From NCBI GenBank assembly GCA_963816145.1, contig CAWFJP010000016.1, positions 32,001 through 96,000 of the forward strand: a DNA stretch of 64,000 nt. The letters run 5' to 3'. Of the stretch, positions 1 to 8,691 are shown one piece after another. A program made the translations under genes and the position numbers. The stretch's first letter is position 1. Every line of letters begins with the position of its first letter. This DNA comes from an uncultured delta proteobacterium (GTDB lineage Bacteria; Desulfobacterota; Binatia; UBA9968). The notes below the pieces were generated by a model that saw only the letters and a program-made list of their open reading frames with translations, ran no database searches and was not told the origin of the DNA.

Positions 1-1039
1 GATAGGCGGCTGGGTGAAGCCACACGCCTTGAACGTCAGGCACGCCGGCGTCTTCGAGAGCGTTCCAGATCAATGCCGAGCGTTGGATCGAGCGGTGAAA
101 GCCCTGTCCCGCCGACGGGCGCAGCGGCGGCTCGCCGCAGAGAATCGGATTGTTTCTGTAATAGAGCGCTTTGATACGCACCACCGGCTCGGGCCGCGTC
201 GCGCTGGCGTAGTAGCCCGGCCATTCGCCGAAAGGTCCTTCGGGCAGGTCGTCGCCGGGAATCATCTCGCCTTCGATGGCAATCTCTGAATAGGCTGGAA
301 TCGGCAATCCGGTCAGCGGTCCCAGCACCAGTTGAATCGGTTCGCCGATGACGCCGCCGGCGTAATCGAACTCGCTCATCTTGTTGGGTACATCCGTGCA
401 GCCAGCGAGAAATAGAATCGGATGATGGCCGAAAGACATGACCACGGGGCAGGGTTTGCCTGCTTCGAAATACTTTTGCCGCTGCACGCGGCCATGCTTG
501 CCCGGCGAGATATACAGCGCGACGGCGTCTTTGCCTTGGAGCATGACGCGGTAGGTGCCGGCGTTGATCCAATGCTCTTCGGGATCTTCGGTGATGACCA
601 GATCGTCGGTGCCGATGTAGCGGCCGCCGTCTTCTTCATGCCAGCGCGGAATCGGGAAGACTTCGAGGTCGATATTCTTGTCGACGCGGTTTTCAAAGAT
701 CGGCGCGTCTTTAACGAACTCGGCCGGCACCGGCTCGAAATTGCGAATCTTGCGGCGCCACGCCTGAATGAAATCGGTCAGGCCGAGTTTCGGATCGGTG
801 CCCATGGCGATGGCCAACCGCGGCAGGGTGTCGATCTGGCTGCAGAGAATCTCCATGTCCTGGCGCGCGCTGGGAATCTTTTCGAACAGCATCGCCGGCG
901 GATGGGCGCTGCGTTCGAGAATCATCTCGACCAAGCCGCCGATGTCTTTGTCCCAGGGGATATTTGCGATGCGACGCAGTTCGCCGATTTTGTCGACTTC
1001 GGTTAGGAATGCCCGCAGGTCGTGGTTGGAGGGGGTCAT
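1..1039 (-). CDS. UbiD-family (prFMN-dependent) decarboxylase, 3' end runs off the window
   Basis: Missing from ORF track; manual translation from ATG 1039: MTPSNHDLRAFL...PRWHEEDGGRYIGT...NAGTYRV...EGPFGEWPGYY...RNNPIL. Confidence 0.93.
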   Translation of the reverse strand, partial: MTPSNHDLRAFLTEVDKIGELRRIANIPWDKDIGGLVEMILERSAHPPAMLFEKIPSARQDMEILCSQIDTLPRLAIAMGTDPKLGLTDFIQAWRRKIRNFEPVPAEFVKDAPIFENRVDKNIDLEVFPIPRWHEEDGGRYIGTDDLVITEDPEEHWINAGTYRVMLQGKDAVALYISPGKHGRVQRQKYFEAGKPCPVVMSFGHHPILFLAGCTDVPNKMSEFDYAGGVIGEPIQLVLGPLTGLPIPAYSEIAIEGEMIPGDDLPEGPFGEWPGYYASATRPEPVVRIKALYYRNNPILCGEPPLRPSAGQGFHRSIQRSALIWNALEDAGVPDVQGVWLHPAAY

Positions 1040-1050
1040 ACTAAGCCTCA

Positions 1051-1140
1051 AAGGATGAATCATGAAGGCGGAAAGATGAAGGAAAGAGTCTACGATCGAA
1101 TGGGCGAAACTTCATCCTTCATCCCTCATCCTTTCGCCTT
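1051..1140. repeat. 7-nt-period imperfect inverted repeat (GGATGAA units)
   Basis: aaggatg aatcatg aaggcgg aaagatg ... ttcatcc ttcatcc ctcatcc tttcgcc. Confidence 0.75.
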
Positions 1141-1142
1141 AT

Positions 1143-1916
1143 TTAGACTGCCAATTCAACCGCTGCGCGGTGCATGACGCCGTAGAGATCGACGGCGGCG
1201 GTGGCGCAGTATTCCAGATTGTAGCCTTCGCGACAGTCGGCGTAGCCGTCTTCTAAAATGCGCTGCATGACCAGTTTGTTAAAACTGCCATGGCCCATGA
1301 CGCCGTCTTCATGTTCTTTCAAGTCGGCCTCTTCGTGGGTCGAGAAGTAAACCGCCTGCTGTTTGGTGAAGCCGTATTTTTGCGTCAAAGTCTTGAACCA
1401 CAAGGCGGACCAGTGGCCGATGGGCTCTTCGGTGAGCATGGAGAACCACCATTCGGCGACGGTTCCTTCCCACATGAGTTGGCGCTTGAAGTCGAGAATC
1501 GCGCGGCACTCGGGAAGCATCGGTTCGCGCAGAATTTGATCTTTGGTCAGCCCAAGCGCTTCGGCGGTCTGCAGCATGACCAGCACATGGCCGGGCGGTT
1601 TGGGATGAATGAATTCATCGGCGATCTTGACGCCGAGGGGGCCCATCAAGTCGGGATGGCGCTTAAAGAAGCCGATATGCTTGTGATAGGAGACCGAGAC
1701 CAGCGTGTTGATTTCGACGGTGAAGTTGCCCCAGTTTTTGAAAAACAACTTGATCGCCGGCAGCGGCAACGTGCCTTCGAGAAACGGCCTCATGAATGGG
1801 CCGTCGGTGACGCGCTCTCTCCAGCGTTGAACGACTTTCTTGTTCACTTCGCCAATGTAAACTTTGGCGTCGTCGGGACTCATCTTGACGCCAAGTTGGG
1901 GAGTTAGCTGACTCAT
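1143..1916 (-). CDS. Heme-oxygenase-like (TenA/PqqC/CADD fold) diiron-type redox protein
   Basis: 257 aa; HPF-like start (GPFMRPFLEGTLP), DEFIHPKPPGH, TEE, YFSTHEEADLKEH...GH candidate metal ligands. Confidence 0.8.
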   Translation of the reverse strand: MSQLTPQLGVKMSPDDAKVYIGEVNKKVVQRWRERVTDGPFMRPFLEGTLPLPAIKLFFKNWGNFTVEINTLVSVSYHKHIGFFKRHPDLMGPLGVKIADEFIHPKPPGHVLVMLQTAEALGLTKDQILREPMLPECRAILDFKRQLMWEGTVAEWWFSMLTEEPIGHWSALWFKTLTQKYGFTKQQAVYFSTHEEADLKEHEDGVMGHGSFNKLVMQRILEDGYADCREGYNLEYCATAAVDLYGVMHRAAVELAV

Positions 1917-1928
1917 GACTGTTTACTG

Positions 1929-1988
1929 AGGTGTTGGGTCTGGCGTCTAGCGCTTCCGCGTGGAACCCTAGATGCCAGACGCTGGACC
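1929..1988. repeat. 7-nt-period inverted repeat (TCTGGCG/TCTAGCG units)
   Basis: gggtctggcgtctagcg ... ccctagatgccagacgctggacc. Confidence 0.65.
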
Positions 1989-2001
1989 TTGGGTGGTTTT
2001 T

Positions 2002-2913
2002 CTAAGTTCGATAGAGATTGTCGATGAAGCCGCTGTCGTCGATTTTTCTTAGATGGTGGAAGTCCCACAGCGCCATCGGGTCGCATTTCTCGGCGGCTTT
2101 GTCTTGCTCGATGGCGATTTCATAAACATTGGAGATCGCCGGGATGGTGGCGTAGGGCTTGGCTTGCAGGATCAGCTTCAGATCGTCGTAGAGATGCGCC
2201 GCCGTCTCTTCGTCGAGCTCGCCTTCGGCTTTGTATTTGTCCTTGATGATCTTGATGCATTCGGCGCGATGGGTCTTGAAATAGGCGATGCCTTCGCAAA
2301 TGCCGCGTAGCATCTTGTCGACGATGTCGGGATGTTTTTCGACGAAAGCCAAACCGCTGGAAACCGTGGTGAACCACACCATCGGCAGGAACGACACGTC
2401 GATGACCTTCAAACCGGCGCGCTTGGAAAGAATATCCGCCGGCGGCGTGACGAAGGCAGCGTCGGCTTCGCCGTCGCGCACCGCTTCCCAGTGAAACTTG
2501 GTGCCCTTGGCTTTCTCGACATGGCAGTCGTTGAGCAAGCCGGCCTGTTTGATGAATAGCCAGGTGTTCAGGCCCGGATGCTTGCCCTTGGTCGCGACGG
2601 TCTTGTCTTTGAGATCGCTCACCTTGTTGATGCCGGAGTCGGCACGCACGACCAGACGGTGGTTCAACAGGCTGACGGTTTGGCCCAGGTAGACCCATTT
2701 GTCGCCGACTGGGCGGCGGATATACGGCGAAAGATGATTGCCGCCGACGAACTCGACACTGCCGTTGGCGACGTTTTTGTGCGAATCTTCCGAGGTGATC
2801 TCGTAATCGTAATTGACTTCCAGTCCATGTTTGGCCCAGGAGCCCGATTCGTGCACGACATGCAGGAACGGCAAATGGCTATCCGAACGATAGGGGAAGT
2901 TTACTTTATCCAT
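2002..2913 (-). CDS. NMT1/THI5/SsuA-like binding-protein-fold protein lacking a signal peptide
   Basis: ATG 2913 with GAGGAG RBS; DLKDKTVA, GEADAAFV, FVEKHPDIV motifs; N-terminus MDKVNFPYRSDSH is not a signal peptide. Confidence 0.8.
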   Translation of the reverse strand: MDKVNFPYRSDSHLPFLHVVHESGSWAKHGLEVNYDYEITSEDSHKNVANGSVEFVGGNHLSPYIRRPVGDKWVYLGQTVSLLNHRLVVRADSGINKVSDLKDKTVATKGKHPGLNTWLFIKQAGLLNDCHVEKAKGTKFHWEAVRDGEADAAFVTPPADILSKRAGLKVIDVSFLPMVWFTTVSSGLAFVEKHPDIVDKMLRGICEGIAYFKTHRAECIKIIKDKYKAEGELDEETAAHLYDDLKLILQAKPYATIPAISNVYEIAIEQDKAAEKCDPMALWDFHHLRKIDDSGFIDNLYRT

Positions 2914-3012
2914 GGTGTGGCCCTCCTCAAATTCTTCGTTGGCTTCCGACGATGGCCGCAACCTACAAGGAAAGCGCCGGGGCTTCAACCTCAAATTTGC
3001 CGGGCGAATCGG

Positions 3013-4002
3013 TTAGCGCAGCACGCCTTCTTTGCGCAACTCCTGCTGCGCTTCCAAGAGCAAACGGTTGTCGAAGATCGCCGACAGCGGCGCGGTGAAT
3101 TTCGTTTTTGCCAACTCCGACTCCAGTTGGATCGAAGCGCGCAAGGCGCTTTCCGTCATGCTGCCGTCGCTGCTGAAAATAGCGCCGAGATTTTTGTAAA
3201 GATTTTCCGCTGTACCGGCATCGACGCTCATCCACTCGCCAATCAATTTGGCGGCCTCGTCTTTCTGGGTGCGGATGAAGCGCTGGCTCTCGATCAAAGC
3301 TTTGATCATGCGCTTGACCTGGTCGGGCGATTTTTGCAGCTTTTGCTCGCTCACATCCAAGCCGGAGATCGGAATGTCGACGTGATCTTTATCCCAGAGC
3401 AAGATCTTGTACCCCATCGACGTGCCGAGCGTGTCCAACGGCGGGCCATGGGAGGCGGCGTCGATTCTGCCGGCTTGCATGGCCGCGAGTTGGCTGCGCA
3501 CATCGCCGGCGGGCAAGATTTTCACGTCTTTAACCGGATCGATGCGAAATTGATTCAAAATCGTCAGCAGACTCAAGTGGATGGTGCTGCCGGCGGAGCT
3601 GACGCCGATGGTTTTGCCTTTCAAATCATTCAGCGATTTGACCTCGGGTTTGACCAAGATCATGAAAATGACCTTCTCGGCGCCCATCATCACCAACTTA
3701 ATCGGGATGCCGCGCAGGGCCGCCGACACCGCCGGTTGAAAGCCGTTGTAGTAATCGAGGTCGCCGCTCAGGAGTGCCGGCACGGCGACTGAGGAGCGCA
3801 GCAAAATGATCTCCGGGCGAAAACCATACTTGGCGTAGAAGCTTTTTTTCTCGGCGACGAAGAGCGGCAGCGAGCCGAAGCCGCGGCTGGACACGCCGAT
3901 ACGCACGCGTTCTTGGGCGATAGCTGGGAATGAAGCTGGAAGGGCGAAAGTAGCCAGCAAGAGAAATTGGACTGCCAAGTTTCTTAAGCTACGGCGGTTC
4001 AC
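3013..4002 (-). CDS. ABC-type substrate-binding protein (SsuA/TauA/NMT1 family), exported
   Basis: Signal peptide ending PAIA-QE; DLKGKTIGVS, GRIDAA; GTG start approximate. Confidence 0.85.
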   Translation of the reverse strand: MNRRSLRNLAVQFLLLATFALPASFPAIAQERVRIGVSSRGFGSLPLFVAEKKSFYAKYGFRPEIILLRSSVAVPALLSGDLDYYNGFQPAVSAALRGIPIKLVMMGAEKVIFMILVKPEVKSLNDLKGKTIGVSSAGSTIHLSLLTILNQFRIDPVKDVKILPAGDVRSQLAAMQAGRIDAASHGPPLDTLGTSMGYKILLWDKDHVDIPISGLDVSEQKLQKSPDQVKRMIKALIESQRFIRTQKDEAAKLIGEWMSVDAGTAENLYKNLGAIFSSDGSMTESALRASIQLESELAKTKFTAPLSAIFDNRLLLEAQQELRKEGVLR

Positions 4003-4010
4003 GAATTCGT

Positions 4011-4090
4011 GTAGCGGCAACCCCCTGTGGTTGCCCGCGGATCGCTCCATCGTCGTATCGGAAGGGCAGGCACGGAGGCCTGCCCCTACA
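4011..4090. repeat. GTAG-type REP doublet (REPIN-like)
   Basis: GTAGCGGCAACCCCCTGTGGTTGCCC on + strand facing GTAGGGGCAGGCCTCCGTGCCTGCCC on - strand. Confidence 0.75.
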
Positions 4091-4106
4091 CGATCATTTC
4101 GCACAA

Positions 4107-5528
4107 TTATTTTAGACCCAGCTTTGGCGCCCACTTTTCCCATACCTCTTCGCGTTTGTCGGCGCTGAATTTATTGGCGACGGCGAACTTGTCGCGCCAG
4201 TGGAAAGGTTTGCAGGCGTCGATCAGCATGCGCCCCATGGTAAAGTCGCCGCGCTCGCGCTTTTCCGGCGGCAGGCGCGGGTCCAAATCGGAGGTCCAGG
4301 ATTTTAGAATCTGCACCGACTCCGCCGGATCGACGCGGGTGCACATGGCCCAGACGACCTGTTTCAAATCCACCGGATCTATGTCGTCGTCGACCGCGAT
4401 GTAGTAACGGTACATGCTCGCGCCGGTCATCATGCCGGCGATGGCGGTGAGCGCTTGCTGTGCCTGACCGGCGAAGCGTTGCTTGAGTGAGATCACGACC
4501 ATCAAGGTGTGGCAATGACACCAGACCCCTTGGACGTCCGAAACGCCGGATTGTTCGAGATGGTCCCAGATGCGCGCGGCGAACAGCGGGATGCCGTAGC
4601 GTTCGGTGATCGGCAAGAGCGGCGGGTTGCCGAGCAGGATCGGATCGTTGCGATGCAGGATTCGTTTTACCCGCACGACGCACTCTTCGCCGCTATGGGT
4701 GTAATAGCCCGGCCATTCGCCGAAGGGGCCTTCGCTATGGCTTTCTTCCTCCGGCGGCGGCATCGCGCCTTCGATGACGATTTCCGAGGTCGCCGGGACG
4801 GGCAGTCCGGTATAGGGAGCGCGGATCACTTCGAGCGGCGCGCCGCGTAAAGCGCCGGCGTATTCATATTCGCTCACTCCGGCTTTGGCCGCCGACGGCG
4901 CGGCCATCCAAGTGGCCGGCTCGCATCCGAGCACGATGGCGACGGGGCAGGGCTTGCCGGCTTGCCAATATTTGCGGGCGATCTGTTTGCCGTGTTTCTG
5001 CTCGATTATCCAGAGCGTGACGCGGTCTTTGCCGACGATGCAGGATCGATAGGTGCCGACGTTGACCCAGCCGCTGTCGGGATCTTTGATCACCACCATG
5101 TCGCCGGTGCCGATGTAGCGGCCGCCGTCATGCTCGTGCCATTTCGGCGTCGGGAAAATTCCCAAATCGATTTTGTCACCTTCGAAAATGTTTTCCAGGA
5201 TCGGTCCTGAGGAAACTTCGATGGGCGCGAAGGGTTTCAAATCGCGAATCTTGTTGCGCCAGGTTTTTAAAATTTCCAGCTTCGGCGCGTCGGTATCCAG
5301 TCCCAGCGCCAGCGCGAAGCGGCGCGCGCTGGCGAGCACGTTGGCGGCGATGCGAAATCCTTTGGGATATCCCGTGATGTTATCGAAGAGCAGCAACGGA
5401 CCGTCCTGCTCCGCCATCAGCTCGGTCAAGCAGCCGATCTCCAGATTCCAATCGGCGCCGTCGATTTGTTTCAGTTCGCCGATGCGCGCGGCGCCGTCGA
5501 TGAAAGTGCGCAGGTCGGGAAAAGCCAT
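4107..5528 (-). CDS. UbiD-family decarboxylase
   Basis: 473 aa; HEHDGGRYIGT, NVGTYR, EGPFGEWPGYY, VDDDIDP, WAMCTRVDP, IDAC. Confidence 0.95.
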   Translation of the reverse strand: MAFPDLRTFIDGAARIGELKQIDGADWNLEIGCLTELMAEQDGPLLLFDNITGYPKGFRIAANVLASARRFALALGLDTDAPKLEILKTWRNKIRDLKPFAPIEVSSGPILENIFEGDKIDLGIFPTPKWHEHDGGRYIGTGDMVVIKDPDSGWVNVGTYRSCIVGKDRVTLWIIEQKHGKQIARKYWQAGKPCPVAIVLGCEPATWMAAPSAAKAGVSEYEYAGALRGAPLEVIRAPYTGLPVPATSEIVIEGAMPPPEEESHSEGPFGEWPGYYTHSGEECVVRVKRILHRNDPILLGNPPLLPITERYGIPLFAARIWDHLEQSGVSDVQGVWCHCHTLMVVISLKQRFAGQAQQALTAIAGMMTGASMYRYYIAVDDDIDPVDLKQVVWAMCTRVDPAESVQILKSWTSDLDPRLPPEKRERGDFTMGRMLIDACKPFHWRDKFAVANKFSADKREEVWEKWAPKLGLK

Positions 5529-5576
5529 TCAATCACACTCCATACCCAATTTTTTCGACGCGGTCCTAAATCCGAC

Positions 5577-5735
5577 TTCCTCTCCCAAGAGACTGTGTCG
5601 CAACTGTCATTCCGAGGTGAAGCCGAGGAATCTCTTCTTCGTATGTGGCTGAAAATACGAGATCCCTCGCTTCGCTCGGGATGACAGATGTGGGGCATTT
5701 GCGCATTACGACACAGCCTCCAAAGGGAGAGGGAA
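5577..5735. mobile_element. Nested non-autonomous element: MITE (5589-5720) in a CCTCTCCC hairpin, with an internal GTCATTCCGAG palindrome
   Basis: TIRs GAGACTGTGTCGCAA / TTACGACACAGCCTC (13/15), CAA direct repeats at 5586-5588 and 5721-5723; inner IR 5604-5687. Confidence 0.75.
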
Positions 5736-5744
5736 TCAGTATTA

Positions 5745-6764
5745 TTACGATTGTGTTTCTTCGCGGAAAAATCCCAACGCTTCGATCGCTGGGCGATCGT
5801 TGATCGAGAACAAGATCGCCGGCTCCCGGGCATTGTTTTCGTGGGCGTGCCAGTTCCATAGCGGCAGGACGAAGGAGTCGCCTTGTTGCCATTTGAATTC
5901 GACATCGCCAATCTTGGTTACGCCGCTGCCGCGGAAGGCATGGTAGACCACGGTGTGCGTGTGGCGGTGCGTGCGGCTTTTCTCACCGGGACGGAGCATT
6001 TGGATCTCGCAGTTCATCGTCGGCAAGGTCGCGCCGCCGCCGACCGGGTCGGAGTAGCGCAGCAAGATGCCGTCGAAGGGATCGCCAGGCGATTCGGCCA
6101 TCCCCTCGAAAGCCTTCTCGGTGTCTTTCCAAGCGTAGCGGTACGGCGGGCGAAAATTCGCCGAAGTTGGAGTCGGTGCAGGTTGTGGGCGGAGGACGTT
6201 GAAGGTCTTCTGCGACCAACCGATCGGCTTGCTGACCGGCTGTTGCCGTTCGTGGAACGGGTTGGCGAAACCCGCCTGATAATAGTGCAGCATCGGCCCG
6301 TCGGCGCCGTCGAGCCAGACGATCGGCGTGTCGCCGCTGTTGACATGATCATGCCAAGTCCAGCTCGGTGTGGTGATCAAATCGCCGGGCTCCATCGGCA
6401 ACGGCTCGCCTTCGACAACGGTCGCCGCGCCGCAGCCTTCGACCACGAAGCGGATCGCGCCCATGGTGTGGCGATGCGCCGGGGCGAACTCGCCGGGCCG
6501 GACCATTTGCGCGCCCATGAGCAGAGTATGCGCCGTGCCGAGCTTCAATTCCGGATGCTGATAGCCGATGAAGCGGCGAAACGCTTCCTCGGGCCGGATG
6601 AATTTGGCGGCGTTGTCGAGGGCGGGGCGAATCTCTTTCCACTTCCACAGAAACGGCCGGAAATTCGCCTCCGGCTCGCGAAAGCCGGTACTGGTATTGG
6701 GAATCGTCCAGTACCCGATCAGATTCTGCTCTTTGAGTTTACGGTTGAGTTCGTCCAGCGACAT
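5745..6764 (-). CDS. Gentisate 1,2-dioxygenase-like bicupin ring-cleavage dioxygenase
   Basis: APAHRHTMGAIRFVVEG, TPSWTWHDH, WLDG, RTHRHT, WNWHAH. Confidence 0.9.
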   Translation of the reverse strand: MSLDELNRKLKEQNLIGYWTIPNTSTGFREPEANFRPFLWKWKEIRPALDNAAKFIRPEEAFRRFIGYQHPELKLGTAHTLLMGAQMVRPGEFAPAHRHTMGAIRFVVEGCGAATVVEGEPLPMEPGDLITTPSWTWHDHVNSGDTPIVWLDGADGPMLHYYQAGFANPFHERQQPVSKPIGWSQKTFNVLRPQPAPTPTSANFRPPYRYAWKDTEKAFEGMAESPGDPFDGILLRYSDPVGGGATLPTMNCEIQMLRPGEKSRTHRHTHTVVYHAFRGSGVTKIGDVEFKWQQGDSFVLPLWNWHAHENNAREPAILFSINDRPAIEALGFFREETQS

Positions 6765-6782
6765 GGCATCCTCGCTTCGCTC

Positions 6783-6863
6783 GGAATTTCAAATTACAAA
6801 TTTCAGATCCCACATTCTGAAAATCCGGGAATACGGAATCTGTAATTTTGAATATAAATTTTC
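6783..6863. repeat. 7-nt-period AT-rich inverted repeat (AATTTCA units)
   Basis: aatttca aattaca aatttca gatccca ... ggaatct gtaattt tgaatat aaatttt. Confidence 0.7.
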
Positions 6864-7607
6864 CTAATGTGTCGCTTTATAGCAGCCATCCATGAACATT
6901 CTGTTCAGATCCGCCGGCGTGACCGCGCAATACTCCGCCGAGTATCCCGGCCGCTCGTTGACGCCTTCTTGGAGCAGGCGCACCAGAACATGCTGGGTCA
7001 CCGCGCCATGGGCCATGCGGTCGAGATGGTCCATGGTGTCGGCTTCATGGTGCTTGGAAAAATAACTCGCCTCGGCGGTGGTGAGACCGTAATGCAGGGT
7101 CAGCGCTTTGAAGAAGTCTAAACAGGAGTCGCCGAAGGGCTTTTCCCAGAGCACCGAAAACCAGTATTCCTGAATCTGGCCGTCGTTGATCAACGTGCGG
7201 TGGAAGTCCGGCAGGGCGCGGCATTCCGGCAACATCGGGGTGAGCAGCACTTCTTCTTTGGTTAATCCGAGCGCCTTGCCGGTGCTCATCAAGATTTGAA
7301 TATGGCCCGGAGGGGAGGGGTGGCCGAATTCGTCCAAGACTTTCTGAGTATAAACCTCCATCAGATCGACGTTCTTTACGAAAAACCACAGGTGTTTGTA
7401 AAATGCCGAAGTGTAAACCGAATTGATCACCGGCACGAAGGCGCCCCAGTTTTTGTAGAATAGCTGGAGGGTTTCCTTTTTTAGCTTGCCTTCGCGCAGC
7501 TCGTCCATGAACTTCGTCTTGTCGACGGTTTGCTTCCAATGCTTGTCGCACTGCGCCGCCAGCTCGGCGATATACTCTATGGCTTGGCTCTCATTGAGTT
7601 TTAACAT
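6864..7607 (-). CDS. Second heme-oxygenase-like (TenA/PqqC/CADD fold) diiron-type protein, paralog of 1143-1916
   Basis: ATG 7607 after GGAGGA; FYKNWG, DEFGHPSPPGH, PMLPECRA, WE, YFSKHHEADTMDH...AHG. Confidence 0.8.
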   Translation of the reverse strand: MLKLNESQAIEYIAELAAQCDKHWKQTVDKTKFMDELREGKLKKETLQLFYKNWGAFVPVINSVYTSAFYKHLWFFVKNVDLMEVYTQKVLDEFGHPSPPGHIQILMSTGKALGLTKEEVLLTPMLPECRALPDFHRTLINDGQIQEYWFSVLWEKPFGDSCLDFFKALTLHYGLTTAEASYFSKHHEADTMDHLDRMAHGAVTQHVLVRLLQEGVNERPGYSAEYCAVTPADLNRMFMDGCYKATH

Positions 7608-7750
7608 CACCGCGTCCTCCGAAATTGCCGGTTCCTCATCCATCATGTGAATATGGCACAGCCGTGGAGCTGTCAAGGCAGCGGGATCGCGCGCTTGCTG
7701 AAGCAACAGTGACTAGGATAAAGTAGGGCGAATTCACAGGAGGACAATTT

Positions 7751-8116
7751 ATGGAATGTGTTAACCTCAAAGAGGAAATGGACAAGGCGAAGCGCAAGAT
7801 CGACCTTTTCGGCACGGATAATTTCCGCTCCTGGCTGCTTTATTTCGTGCCCGGTGACGGTACCGACATGCATTATCACGCCAGTCCTGAAACGTTTTTG
7901 GTATTTTCCGGTAACGGCGTCGTCAAGGGGCTCAAAGGCGAGGAGCGCGCGATCAAGAAGGACGACGTGCTCTGCCTGGCGGCCAAGGACTATTACCAGA
8001 TCGTCAATACCGGCAGCGAGCCGTTGGTGCTGTTCGGCAACCGCTCGGAAGCCTTCGGCGGTCCCCATATCCTGGCCGATGGCAGCGACCGGCAGCAAGC
8101 ACAAAAGGGCGCGTAA
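7751..8116 (+). CDS. Cupin domain protein
   Basis: MHYHASPETFLVFSG cupin motif; AGGAGG RBS; divergent from the UbiD operon. Confidence 0.8.
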   Translation: MECVNLKEEMDKAKRKIDLFGTDNFRSWLLYFVPGDGTDMHYHASPETFLVFSGNGVVKGLKGEERAIKKDDVLCLAAKDYYQIVNTGSEPLVLFGNRSEAFGGPHILADGSDRQQAQKGA

Positions 8117-8196
8117 TCGCGGCTTCGGCACAATTGACAAGTTGCGGGGTGAGTGATTAAGTTTTCCAACAATTGATTCTTTATCGAGGTTGCTAA

Positions 8197-8526
8197 ATGC
8201 CGATTTACGAGTACCAATGCCAGAAATGCGGCGTCATCGAGGTGACCCAGCGAATCACCGAAAAACCGCTCGGTAAGTGTCCGACTTGTAAGAGTAAAAT
8301 CAAGAAGTTGATCTCCAACACGTCGTTCCAGCTGAAAGGCACCGGTTGGTATATCACCGACTATGCGCGAAAGGGGCAGAGCAACGGCGAGTCGAAGAGC
8401 GAGAGCAGTTCCAAGCCCGCTTCGACTGCTGCGTCGGAGTCGAAGAGCGAAACCAAAAAGAGCGAGAGCTCGAGCAGCAGCGATAAAGCATCGTCGAGCA
8501 GCAGTTCGACCGCGACATCTGCATAA
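8197..8526 (+). CDS. FmdB-family zinc-ribbon protein
   Basis: [11 protein letters not shown]...CPTC...[13 protein letters not shown], Ser/Lys-rich tail. Confidence 0.92.
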   Translation: MPIYEYQCQKCGVIEVTQRITEKPLGKCPTCKSKIKKLISNTSFQLKGTGWYITDYARKGQSNGESKSESSSKPASTAASESKSETKKSESSSSSDKASSSSSSTATSA

Positions 8527-8555
8527 CTTCACCGTGCGATTCTTTTCACTGAAAG

Positions 8556-8588
8556 GGCGGCGCCTCAGGGCGCCGTTGTCGTTTGTTG
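8556..8588 (+). terminator. Probable intrinsic terminator
   Basis: ggcggcgcc-tcag-ggcgccgtt followed by a T-rich tract. Confidence 0.5.
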
Positions 8589-8691
8589 ATAGCCTTCCGG
8601 CCCTGTGAAATTAGCGTTTGCGCCTCTGGACGGGTAAGTGGATTTTAGCTATAGGTTAAGCAGCAAAATAACCTGAGGGAGGATTTGATCA

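Noticed and set aside
2578-3792. 404-aa plus-strand ORF (and similar ORFs at 422-1006, 5883-6845, 13537-14685)
   Set aside because: Antisense shadows of well-supported genes, expected from GC-rich codon bias; no motifs
4003-4143. N-terminal extension of the SBP ORF overlapping UbiD
   Set aside because: It is the translated REP doublet; the signal peptide starts downstream
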